DNA of 63,211 nt, the filler included, from Octopus bimaculoides (Eukaryota): assembly GCF_001194135.2 (NCBI RefSeq). It is 5 parts of 4 records of this genome, joined end to end, with 100 filler letters (N's around TTAATTAATTAA, not from the genome) between each part and the next. Parts side by side here need not be neighbours in the genome. Positions count along the whole stretch, not along the records: positions 1 to 18,137 come from NC_068983.1; positions 18,238 to 32,928 come from NC_068983.1; 3 more parts are not named here. The stretch is one strand, 5' to 3'. The notes beneath the pieces were generated by a model that was given only the letters and a program-made list of their open reading frames with translations, was not told the DNA's origin and searched no databases. This document shows, piece by piece, positions 12,151 to 23,103 of the stretch. The position numbers and the translations under genes were made by a program. Numbering within the stretch: position 1 is the stretch's first letter; each line of letters begins with the position of its first letter.

Positions 12151-13760
12151 TCTGAAGGAGGACAAATGATTGGAAAGACGTTGTTTGAGAGAATTCCTAG
12201 TTCATCCCACATATTTCTGTGGGTGCATGATGTCGGTACGCCTATTGCTGTTGTGGGTGCTGCTGTAAGTGCTGCATCAACAGGCGCAACGACATCACGC
12301 GCACACAGAAATACGTGAGATGCACTGGCAATTCTCTCAAACAGCGTCTTTCCAACCACTTGTCCTCCTTCAGAGTCCTGGAAAGGAGATACGTGACATC
12401 GCTGGCCAGCTATATCTGGTAACTAAGAGACGATGGGATACCATACATGATCGCATGGAAAATACTGAGAACCCAGGTCCCTGCATCAACGAGACGAAAC
12501 GTTGCAAATTATGCACTGCCGAACGCACGAGAAGCCTGTAGCGAAGCTTCTCTCTCAGTTATAGACATGCGAATGCAGACGTAGCGGGTAATATCTAGCT
12601 TTCGGCCGCATCTTTGGCCTGTTGTGTCCACCACTCCGATTGGTTGGTATTGGCGCACTTTTGTCTGTAGTTCTATTTCGCGCCAGGGTGCATACCAACC
12701 AATCGCAGCCTTCTGATAAGGTCACGTGGAACAGGTTTTCTGAAACCCCTGCTTGAGCCGATTTTTCCTCTTAAATAGCTTGCCTGTTTGCACTAAAGTT
12801 TGTCGCGACTCTAGACCTTCTGAGGTCTAGTCGTTGACCACAGCACCAGCCAGTTCCAGCGACAACACTTCAACACCTTGCTGCAACTCCATCTTCGACG
12901 CCACTATCAGCTTCTTCGTCGACAGCGTCTACACTGACGTCTCTATGTACACACCACCAACAGCACCCGCATAGCTTTCTTTCAACACTGTTTGTGTGAA
13001 TTGCTTCACCACGAAAAACAGCGAGACTCTCTGTACCAAGTAACCGGTCGCAGCATCGTAGGCTCTACTTCTCGGGCGACATGTATCTTTTCTCCAGGCT
13101 CCGCTATTCCGCCACGACCTCTTGTACAGAACCTTTACCATTGTGTACCATGAATACGAACTGGTATTTCATATCCTTATCCTTGTGTTTGGTCTTTTAA
13201 CGTCCTTATTCATAGACTTTTCTATGCTTTGTATCTCTCGCATTCACACACATTTGTATACACACACTCTTGTTTACACGACGGCCTGTCTTATATTGTG
13301 TTTTATTATGCCGCATTTACTCACACAGACATTTTAGTTGACAACCAATAAACCTTACTTTTATATATCTTTACCGGTTGAGTCTCTTTCTTTCCTTGTT
13401 GGCACTTAACTCATTCCATCTTTTGTTTTTTTCTTATATTTGTGCCGACTGTGCGACGCGCAAAAAGAAAGCCGTTCCTTCGTCACCATCTCCTTGGTCG
13501 CACAGTCGTCTACAAGCTTAAAAGACTCGCTCGTTCCAGGGAGCATCCTCAACTCCAGGACAGAGATTTTCGGGCCATGTTTGCATTTTAGAAGATTCCT
13601 GCTGGCTTTTGGAATCCGCAAGGCGACGCGACAGCCGGAAGCCAATAGCCAACGCCGAAGGGAGACAATCGTTTACCTTCGTGGTTCTTTGGTGACCGCA
13701 AGATCGCGGTGCGGCCGAAGCTCGATAGCCAATGGCAAAAAAGACCCTCTATTTTGAAGA
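12151..13760 (+). mobile_element. Penelope-like element GIY-YIG endonuclease remnant, with 5' inversion, interrupted by a solo LTR
   Basis: KYVRCTGNSLKQRLSNHLSSFR...TSLASYIW*L...AWKIL...KRCKLCTAERTRSL, resuming in frame after the LTR as SLKDSLVPGSILNSRTEIFGPCLHFRRFLL (resembles PLE endonuclease C-terminus LNKRSE..SKCRH..KFLL). Confidence 0.7.
12537..13514 (+). mobile_element. Putative solo LTR (~978 bp)
   Basis: TGTAG...CTACA inverted termini, near-TSD AGCC/AGCT, CCAAT motifs, AATAAA at 13347-13352; its removal restores the flanking reading frame; related 3' part at 39240-39649. Confidence 0.7.
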
Positions 13761-14548
13761 GGTCTTAGGCCAGCGGTGTTTGGGGTGTGAAGATACGCCT
13801 TAAGGCTAAACATCTTATGAGCGAGAAACCCAGTGTACCAAATCCATTCACAAGGCTTTGATCGCCCCGAGGCTATAGTAGAAATCACTTGCCTAAGGTG
13901 CCACGCAGTGGAACTGAACTCGGAACCATGTGATTGAGAATCAAGGTTCTTATCACACAGCCATATATATATTAAATACAAATACGTAACCCGGGGATTC
14001 ATCCTAACGTCTTAACCCCACGTCCCCCTTCTCCGAGTTGCGTATGTGTAGTCTAAGTTAAATTCTTTTGAGAGTCGGTATTTTAAAACTAATTAAAACT
14101 AATTATCGAGTTCCCTGCCAATTTCGGCGAGTGAAGGTTTTGCCTAAATCGATAGTATAGGACAAGATCCTTTTTATTTATTACATCCCTTTACGTTCAA
14201 ATCCTTGTTTTCATCTTTCTAAACTCAATAAAATGGATACCATTCAAATACTAGGAATCTATATAACCGTCTTTCCCCTCCTTCAAAATTTATAGACTTC
14301 TGCCTATGTTAGAAATCAATGTTCAGCTAAGAGGATTAGCTGAATATTGAATATGAAAGGGGACAAAAATCTGTTAAACAATTCTCTGCCCTCTATATTA
14401 ATATCTGTGAAATTCACTCCATCCGTGCCACTATCAACGATTTACTAATGAATAAAATGAACACCATACATGTTATTTCTTTCTCAGACCCTAACCATTC
14501 ATTATATTTATAATGTATACCTTTATGTGGAATCTACTCCCACAACAG

Positions 14549-14930
14549 TGGAGGTGCAATGGCCCAGTGGTTAGGGCAGCGGACACGCGGTCATAGGATC
14601 GCGGTTTCGATTCCCAGACCGGGCATTGTGAGTGTTTATTGAGCGAAAGCACCTAAGGCTCCACGAGGCTCCAGCAGGGGATAGTGGCGAAACCTGCTGT
14701 ACTCTTTCACTACAACTTTCTCTCACTCTTACTTCCTGTTTCTGTTGTGCCTGTAATCCAAAGGGTCAGCATTGTCACACTGTGTCACGCTGAATATCCC
14801 CGAGAACTACGTTAAGGGTAGACGTGTCTGTGGAGTGCTCAGCCACTTGCACGTTAATTTCACGAGCAGGCTGTTCCGTTGATCGGATCAACTGGAACCC
14901 TCGACGTCGTAAGCGACGGAGTGCCAACAA
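14549..14930 (+). mobile_element. Full-length tRNA-headed SINE (family C) with 12-bp TSD
   Basis: A box TGGCCCAGTGG, B box GTTTCGATTCC, (CAA)n tail; ACTCCCACAACA duplicated at 14536-14547 and 14930-14941. Confidence 0.9.
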
Positions 14931-15083
14931 CTCCCACAACAACAGAGACATCTAGTTACTCTGATTCAAAGAATCTCTTCATTCCTTTAAGGATTATCTG
15001 TGTCTTTGCCACTCTCCGATCTCTTCAGTCACTAACAATCCTCCAACTATCCCTCATCATGCATTGTTGACCTCTCACTTCAT

Positions 15084-15116
<33 letters not shown>

Positions 15117-15124
15117 TCTCTCTA

Positions 15125-15198
<74 letters not shown>

Positions 15199-16096
15199 GA
15201 TGCTTTTGTTGTTTTTTAGTCCCAAGTCAGACTTAACAGGGCAAGTCTTATGATCGAAGGCATTCTAACCACAGCCATTCCGTCCTTCTGACAAGCGTTT
15301 ATAGGCTTCTGGCTATGTTAAAAATCAATGACTACAGTATTCATTGTGTCCCTCACTTTTCAAGACAGGAGAGAGTATTTAAGGTGAAGGAAATTTGACT
15401 GATATTTCTATCTGGTCGAGCGATCAGCAGCGTCGATGGTGACTTAAAAAATATTGCTCCTCATAACAGCAACTCTTTGTGCTGGAGGGTTTTTAGAAAC
15501 ATAACAGTAACAATATCGGTCAAAAAAACTAACGAGCTCAACGTAGAAACAATGTCTATGTAGCAACAGCGTACAACTGATTACGCATGACGGTGTCACT
15601 TAAATAGGATTTTCATCAATCGAAACCTCTAGGACGGGCCTGGCCAACTCGAATTACATTGCAGGTCATTTTAATCACAGAAAGTTTTTTGGGAGCCGCT
15701 TGTATACCTTATGCACTAATAGTCAAATAATCAAATTACAGAATCAAGAATTTTTCATGTTTCCTTTGTCTAAAATTATAAGATTGTAGGTTATTGCTAT
15801 ATTGCCAATTATAAATTTTAAGTCTATTTTAAAACAAATGTTTTACACAAACAAATTTATTTTGAAATTAAATACAATATTTGGATCTTTGTGGTTTTCG
15901 TTACTGTTTACAATTTTGTTCCAGTTGTTTTCAAATTTCGTATATGGATTAAGTTTTGCATACTAATTATGGAAATGAAATTCAATTTCCCTATAAATCC
16001 ATAATTATAAAGTTATTAGCCGTTAAAATTTGCAAAATGTGGGTATCTTAGTCAATCAGAAGCGAGTATTTTACATATCACGTGGCGAATAACTCT

Positions 16097-16110
16097 GTTT
16101 CCATAGTAAC
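16097..16110. promoter_or_regulatory. RFX X-box-like palindrome
   Basis: GTTTCCATAGTAAC, next to CACGTG (16079-16084) and GCGCATGAGC; motif match only, may be part of an old transposon. Confidence 0.25.
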
Positions 16111-18092
16111 CAAAGATGCTGCGCATGAGCATAAGGAGTGTAACCACCAAATTGAGTGTAATCAGCAGATTGAGAGTACCTAGGCATCTTTAAAGCGTGG
16201 AAACAAACGCCGGTGTGGGATACACCGTTCCATGGTTGACTCTTATATTTGTGTATTTATGTTGAGAAGTAGATATGAGAAAGATAATTTATTTTATAAA
16301 ATCCTAGAGTGTATTGCAAACTTTCATTGTTGAAATTTTTTAACTAATAAAGGTCTGTTTTAGGCAATGTTTTGACTGTTTCGCAGCTTTTAAATATTTA
16401 ATTTGCTCGCGAATGTTTTTCACTGTTTTCACTTTGCTCGTGTATATTTTAATGTCTTAACTGTTATTTCTAGCAACTCCTGTTGGTTTGTTCGTAGCTT
16501 TTAAATACTTAATTTGCTCGCGAATGTTTTTATGTTTTTCAGTTTACTGTAGCTAGTTTAATGTTTTGATATGTCGATGGCCCACCCCACCATGATGATG
16601 GCAGAAGCAACGAACGCGCTGTTTTCTGATTGACTGAAAATTCTGAAAATGATCGAACTTTGAACACTTGTAAAATTTTTGCAAAATTTTTCTGATTCGG
16701 ATTCAACGTCAAAAATTACATCCATACAATACATTAAAAAATTTTTTTTAAGGTAATTGGAAACAGTAACGAATGCCAAGATCCCAATACTTCAAGAAAG
16801 TATGAAGCGGGCCTCAAGTTGGCCAGCCCTGCTTTAGGACTTAAAGTCAAATAACTCATCAGATTGACTGCGATAAGTCTTCCTTTCTCGTAGAGGAAAC
16901 TTTCCTTCACGAGAAAGCAAGAGTTCTTTTTTTAATTTTATTTTATTTAGTTCCATAGTAGCTTTACTTCCTCCACAAAACACTACATAAACCAATAACA
17001 GCTGTATTCTTACAACTGTGTGTATTACTCTCATACACTAACATATATTATTTATAATCAGTCGTCGTCTTTTCATTTCCAAATTTGGTGTTTGTCCTGA
17101 ATAACGTTTTCATTGATATGCAGGTTTCGTTAATATTTATCTGTATACTGTTTTTGAGGACATTCTTTGTGAAAAAAAATGTTTATAGATAGCATTTCCA
17201 GAAGCCTTCCTACCAATTATCGTCTGTTGAATAAGTTTATACTGCTTTTTTAATAAACCATATCCTGTTTCGCTAGAGATTTTTGTTTGCTTATTGTCAT
17301 TTATATCCTTTTATGTTCAGGTTATTTTCAGACGTTCATATCCTTTGTTGGTCTCTTTCATTGTTCTTTACAAAGTAAACAGAATGACGACTTAACACAG
17401 GACAACCAAAATTGGACCAACAGCATATTCAGCGACTATAGATGAGAAATAGGAGGGAGTTGGACTTTAGCGAACTTTAGCAAAATAAAATATAAATGAC
17501 ATTAACAAGCAGATCGGGAAGTCATTATACCGACGAATGTCTGTAACGAATTAACTTAAGGAATGTCTGTGTATTTCCAATGCAGCAGTGACCCAAAGCT
17601 CCTAGGTACCTATATTTTCGAACTGCAATCTCGAGGAAAATTGAAAGTCCGCTGATACAGAAATTCCAAACACATCACACTAAGTGTGGGTCTTATCTAG
17701 AGAAATATATAATCCAAATCAAAAGAAGAATGAACTTAGTTATAAATGTTTCGATATCACCTCGTTTTAACGGCATTGCTTATAAATGAATTCATTTGAA
17801 AAGTTACAAAAAATTTGCAGCTGATTGCATTGGAGAGGATCATCCGATTTGCAACAATAGGTGCACTCTTACAATATAACGCACTAAAATGTTGAAGGTA
17901 TACCTTTTGATGTAAATCTGATGAACTGCAATGACATTGAAAACCGAATAATGTCGAAACATTTGTAACTAATAGTAAAGATGTACAAAATTCATTCTTA
18001 ATTTTTTTATTTGGATTATGTGTGTGTATGTGCATGTGCGTGTGTATGTGTGAATGTGTGTATGTGCGTGCGTGTGTGTGTGTGTGTGTGTG

Positions 18093-18137
<45 letters not shown>

Positions 18138-18237
18138 NNNNNNNNNNNNNNNNNNNNNNNNNNNNNNNNNNNNNNNNNNNNTTAATTAATTAANNNNNNN
18201 NNNNNNNNNNNNNNNNNNNNNNNNNNNNNNNNNNNNN
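18138..18237. other. Artificial scaffold linker
   Basis: 44 N + TTAATTAATTAA (stops in all six frames) + 44 N; identical structure four times. Confidence 0.95.
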
Positions 18238-18316
18238 ACACAAGATGTCGAAATATCGTTCACTAGATAACAATGGCACTCTATATCTTCAGGAGGAGTT
18301 ACCTCAGTCCTTTCTA

Positions 18317-18400
<84 letters not shown>

Positions 18401-18461
18401 TAATAATAACAACATCGAAAAATACCTTAGGAATGAGAACCCATGTTCGAAATTTCCCCAA

Positions 18462-18507
18462 GACACCTGATGAAGGCTGGAGGGTATATCAGCCGAAACG
18501 TTGTGTT
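18462..18507 (+). ncRNA. Minimal type I hammerhead ribozyme motif (Penelope-type)
   Basis: GACAC-CTGATGA-A-GGCTG(10-nt loop)CAGCC-GAAA-CG-TT-GTGTT: stem I GACAC/GTGTT, stem II GGCTG/CAGCC, palindromic AACGTT in place of stem III; lies in a ~150-bp repeat (18419-18570) also found at 56861-57084. Confidence 0.6.
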
Positions 18508-18618
18508 AACAACAAACAAGATGAGGACAAATATCCGTCAAATGTAAATAATGTAAATAATGTACTTATTATTTCTTTTCATCATTCCTTCCTTCTTTCT
18601 TTCTTTCTTTAATTTTAG

Positions 18619-18871
18619 GTATTCAAGGTCATTTATGGAGCGAAACTGTGAGAAACCCTGAGCGGTTCGAGTTTATGGTTTATCCCCGTTTACTTGCTTT
18701 ATCAGAAAGAGCTTGGCACCGAGCAGCTTGGGAACTGGAAAAAGACAAAAAGAAACGAGAAGAAAACAGAAAGAAAGATTGGGAACGCTTTGCAAATACT
18801 GTTGGATACCGAGAAATGAAACGTCTTGATCGGTTAGGAATTAAATACCGAGTGCCGCCACCTGGTGCCGT
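18619..18871 (+). CDS. GH20 beta-N-acetylhexosaminidase (chitobiase type), internal exon
   Basis: tttag|GT...GCCGT|gtaaga; GIQGHLWSETVRNPERFEFMVYPRLLALSERAWHRAAWE...KDWERFANTVGYREMKRLDRLGIKYRVPPPGAV aligns with the Serratia/Vibrio chitobiase segment QLWSET..MEYMIFPR..AERSWH...KDW.RFAN..G.REL.KLD..G..YR.P.PGA. Confidence 0.92.
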
Positions 18872-19064
18872 GTAAGACAATTTCAAATTCATCATCATCA
18901 TTATCATCATCGTCGTCGTTGTTGTCATTTAACGCCCGTTTTCCATGAGGTGGATGGTTCGATAGGAGCAGGCAAACGGGAGAGCTGCACGAGGCTCCAT
19001 TTGTATGTTCTGGTATGTTCTCTATGGCTGTATGTCCCTCCTAATGCCAGTACTGGGTACTTTT

Positions 19065-19305
19065 TACGTGACACCGGCACGGATGCTCTTTACATGGCAC
19101 CTGCATGGATGCTTTTTCACATAGCACCAGTGCTTTTCCGTGGCACCGATGCTTTTCACGCGGCACCAGTGCTTTTCACGTGGCACCGGTGCTTTTCACG
19201 TGGCACCGATGCTTTTCACGTGGCACCGATGCTTTTCACGTGGCACGGGCGCTTTTCCATGACACAAGTGCTTTCACGTGGCACGAGTGTTTTTTACGTG
19301 GCACC
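19065..19305. repeat. 20-bp minisatellite (~12 units, TGGCACCGATGCTTTTCACG)
   Basis: Direct reading; intronic; unit junctions create CACGTG. Confidence 0.92.
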
Positions 19306-19340
19306 AAATTATTTCTCATTGAATATGTTGTTGCTTTTTG

Positions 19341-19500
19341 AGGCAGGTGTGGCTGTGTGGTAAGAAGCTTGCTTCCAAACCACATGGTTCCGGGTTCAGT
19401 TCCACTGCATGGCACTTTGGGCAAATGTCTTCTACTATAGCCTCGGGCCGACCAAAGCCTTGTGAGTGGATTTGGTAGACAGAAACTGGAAGAAAACCGT

Positions 19501-19548
<48 letters not shown>

Positions 19549-19722
19549 TGTGTGTCTGTGTTTGTCCCCCCACCATCGCTTGACAACCGATGTTCGTGTG
19601 TTTACGTCCCCGTACCTTGGCGGTTCGACAGAAGGGACCGGTAGAATAAGTACTAGGTTTACAAAGAATAAGTCCTGGGCTTGATTTGTTCGATAGAAGG
19701 CGGTGCTCCAGCATGGCCGCAG
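19341..19722 (+). mobile_element. Near full-length family A SINE with internal (GT)n
   Basis: tRNA-like head TGGCTGTGTGGTAAG...GGTTCAGTTCC, CORE-like GGCACTTTGGGCAAATGTCTT, internal microsatellite, conserved 3' half; another complete copy at 44535-44968 and split/gapped copies at 21755, 38345, 47965, 59303. Confidence 0.88.
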
Positions 19723-19824
19723 TGGGACTGAACCTGGAACCGTGTAGTTGAAACGGAAACTTCTTACCGCACTGCCACACCTCAGTAAGAATGTCTCTAT
19801 AAATGAAGTTTATTTACTTTTCAG

Positions 19825-19965
19825 ATACAACGATGACCAACTAAAAGTCAACACAGCTTTCCCTGGTTTAATTGTACAGTACAGCGTGAACGGTGGCAAA
19901 ACCTGGTGCGATGTGGATGACGCTGCCAAATCTATAACAGACGGATTGGTTCTCCTGCGTACCAG
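19825..19965 (+). CDS. GH20 chitobiase-type hexosaminidase, exon encoding C-terminal Ig-like (CHB_HEX_C-type) domain
   Basis: ttttcag|A...ACCAG|gtgagt; phase 2 matches the previous exon; YNDDQLKVNTAFPGLIVQYSVNGGKTWCDVDDAAKSITDGLVLLRTR resembles chitobiase N...PGL.IEYS.DGG..W. Confidence 0.9.
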
Positions 19966-21004
19966 GTGAGTCATTCTTTTTTTCTTTTTTCTGAGACTCA
20001 AATATACAAAGGTTTGTTTGAACCAACCAATTGACCTTTCTAGACACTTTAAATATCTTCCTAATGTCATTGCATGGATGAGTGTGAAAATCTTCTCTCT
20101 AAGAATTGGCAGAGTCCACTGTCTTCGTCGACCGTCTGAGATCGATGAGATCATCACTGATTATAAATAACATTGATTTCTTTGTGATGATGTGAAACGC
20201 CTGGCGAGGTTTCTATTTTATAGATAGGGAGTTATCTCCCTTGTCGTACATTGTTAACAGCGCATGACAGGGACTGGGGGAAGATATAAACGGTAGTCTC
20301 CTGGAATTCGGAAGAGGAGTCACTACCATTAAGTTCCCCGTACAAGGTGAGAACTTGGACATCGATACGTTCAATGTTCATTGGATATCTTGTCTTCTAT
20401 GGATACTTCCTGGATCGCAGTCTAGTTGGTTATTACTCGTTGGCGTGAATCCGCTCCTACCAACTATGAAAAATAACTGTCAGAGAAATAAACATGGCTG
20501 GTGGAGATTTAACAGCGCCTACATTCTGTAACAGAAGTACTAGATGTAGTAGTTTAGTGTGAAAGAGCAGGGTTGTCACATGGTTATCAGTTATCACGTA
20601 GGTCATCGAATGAATTTGAGGTGCTGGAGGTTGAGATGAGTTCCGTTTGTGTATAAATGATGCACAAAACTCCTGGACAATTAACAGAAACTTTATTTAT
20701 CGCACAAAACATTTTCCATGCTGCTCTTGAATTAATAATACAAACAACAAAGCATACACACTGGAAAAGACAATACTGTAGTTACAAGAAAATAGTTATA
20801 TAGGGCTAAATAGGCCCTGCGAATATGCTGTTAAGACTGTAAATGAATCATGCTAAATTTCTGACAGCAATACGGTAGCGGCCGTCTGCTCAGTTGAATA
20901 AGAAGTTGTTAAAACAACTGGAAAATACTGAAAAATGAGAATGTGGTTTTCAGAGCGACGATTCCCAACACTTTTAAATTTAGAAACCAAAACTCGTGTA
21001 TCTA

Positions 21005-21117
21005 CAGGGTATCCACAAGGTCTGTGTACATGGAGTAAATAAAATCATAACGTAAACAATAATAATTTCTTAAAGTATGTGTTAATCCCCACGTACCCAA
21101 ACTTAGTGAACACCCTG
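21005..21117. mobile_element. 113-bp Tc1/mariner-type MITE
   Basis: TA|CAGGGTATCCACAAGG...CTTAGTGAACACCCTG|TA; ~29-bp imperfect TIRs and TA flanks. Confidence 0.6.
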
Positions 21118-22780
21118 TATAAGCCTCGTTAGAAGACGTTCTATAAGATTCTAGAAGGTTCCGTCACGTGATGGCTCGATGTTGACTGGTCAATTAATCG
21201 GCCGATCATGTGAGATGGCTGTAACTAGGCCGTGACTTTTACTTGGAAATTTGTTGATTGGGTTTCGAATTTGCTGCAGGGTGGATACAATAGGGGTGAT
21301 GGAAAGAGGAGAGATGTCTGAGTTGAGGAGGTTTGAATAAAAGTAGCGTAAAACCAACTAGCTCTGAAGAGTAGGGGTAGAATAGCAAAGAGAGGAGCCA
21401 GTACATGTGCATGCTGAATGTTGCTGTATACTAGTTTCACATTTTAGCACAAAGCCAGCAATTTCGGTGGAAGGGGTTGAAAATATTGGAATATATTGGC
21501 CAGTGACTTCATGCTACCTCATTTGAGAAGACGTTTTTCTTCTTTCTTCCCTTTCTTTTATGTCCTTCGATATCGTTATGTGTAACGCTGGGACCGTCCC
21601 AAAAGTGGAAGCAGTACTACGTTCGTGTGCGTGTGGGGGTGTTTGTGTGTGTCTGAGTGTTTTTTCAGTGTGTGTATTTTTGTATGTATATAGATAGATA
21701 GAAAGATAGCTACATACATACATACATACATACATACATACATACATACATACAAGAGTAGCTGTGTGGTAAGTAGCTTGCTTACCAACCACATGGTTCC
21801 GGGTTCAGTCCCACTGCGTGGCACTTTGGGCAAGTGTCTTCTACTATAGCCCCTGGCTGACCAAANNNNNNNNNNNNNNNNNNNNNNNNNNNNNNNNNNN
21901 NNNNNNNNNNNNNNNNNNNNNNNNNNNNNNNNNNNNNNNNNNNNNNNNNNNNNNNNNNNNNNNNNNNNNNNNNNNNNNNNNNNNNNNNNNNNNNNNNNNN
22001 NNNNNNNNNNNNNNNNNNNNNNNNNNNNNNNNNNNNNNNNNNNNNNNNNNNNNNNNNNNNNNNNNNNNNNNNNNNNNNNNNNNNNNNNNNNNNNNNNNNN
22101 NNNNNNNNNNNNNNNNNNNNNNNNNNNNNNNNNNNNNNNNNNNNNNNNNNNNNNNNNNNNNNNNNNNNNNNNNNNNNNNNNNNNNNNNNNNNNNNNNNNN
22201 NNNNNNNNNNNNNNNNNNNNNNNNNNNNNNNNNNNNNNNNNNNNNNNNNNNNNNNNNNNNNNNNNNNNNNNNNNNNNNNNNNNNNNNNNNNNNNNNNNNN
22301 NNNNNNNNNNNNNNNNNNNNNNNNNNNNNNNNNNNNNNNNNNNNNNNNNNNNNNNNNNNNNNNNNNNNNNNNNNNNNNNNNNNNNNNNNNNNNNNNNNNN
22401 NNNNNNNNNNNNNNNNNNNNNNNNNNNNNNNNNNNNNNNNNNNNNNNNNNNNNNNNNNNNNNNNNNNNNNNNNNNNNNNNNNNNNNNNNNNNNNNNNNNN
22501 NNNNNNNNNNNNNNNNNNNNNNNNNNNNNNNNNNNNNNNNNNNNNNNNNNNNNNNNNNNNNNNNNNNNAATTACGGGTTCCATTCCCAGAACACATTTCA
22601 TTTCACGTTGCTCCAGTCCGTTTGGCTGTAAATCAGTAACCCTGAGACAGAATAGTCTTTCAAGCAGAAGGAATGTCGGCCTGATCGCCTAACCAGCGGA
22701 ATGGTCATTCGAAGGCTAAAACAGTGCGAAGTGCATCGTTACCAGTGATGCATAACAACATCCTATAGCGTGGTCAATAC

Positions 22781-22820
<40 letters not shown>

Positions 22821-22826
<6 letters not shown>

Positions 22827-23103
22827 CATAAATTAAAAACAGAGCACAGAGGATATCGCGGTACACGTGTTTCAAGCTTTATAAACAATCTGTTATTACA
22901 TAGGTATATTATTGATAGATATGTTATTGATATAATAGGTATATCATTGATATAGGTATATTATTGATATAAAAAATGGTGTAAAGCTCACCATCTTTTA
23001 TATCAATAATATACCTATGCTGATGTAATAACAGATTGTTTATAAAGCTTGAAACACGTGTACCGCGATATTCTTTGTGTTTTGGTTTTAATTTATGCTT
23101 GAT
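22821..23103. repeat. Long imperfect inverted repeat (foldback)
   Basis: Arms share GATATCGCGGTACACGTGTTTCAAGCTTTATAAACAATCTGTTATTACAT and its reverse complement; 7-nt loop 22982-22988. Confidence 0.85.

Noticed and set aside
13780-13835. Hammerhead-like strings (GTGAAGA..GCCTTAAGGC.TAAAC; also 18245-18295 minus and 36705-36745)
   Set aside because: Core nucleotides are missing or stems cannot be formed; at most decayed motifs.
14549-14625. tRNA-like sequences at SINE heads (also 36974, 51572, 52580)
   Set aside because: A and B boxes continue into SINE bodies with tails and TSDs; no complete cloverleaf gene.
16540-17400. Possible DNA-transposon remnant on the minus strand
   Set aside because: Has a subterminal-like motif resembling that at 53120 but no recognisable transposase motif or paired TIR.
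19065-19305. Regular 20-bp and 22-bp arrays as CRISPR
   Set aside because: Contiguous tandem units with no unique spacers, no cas genes, eukaryotic context.
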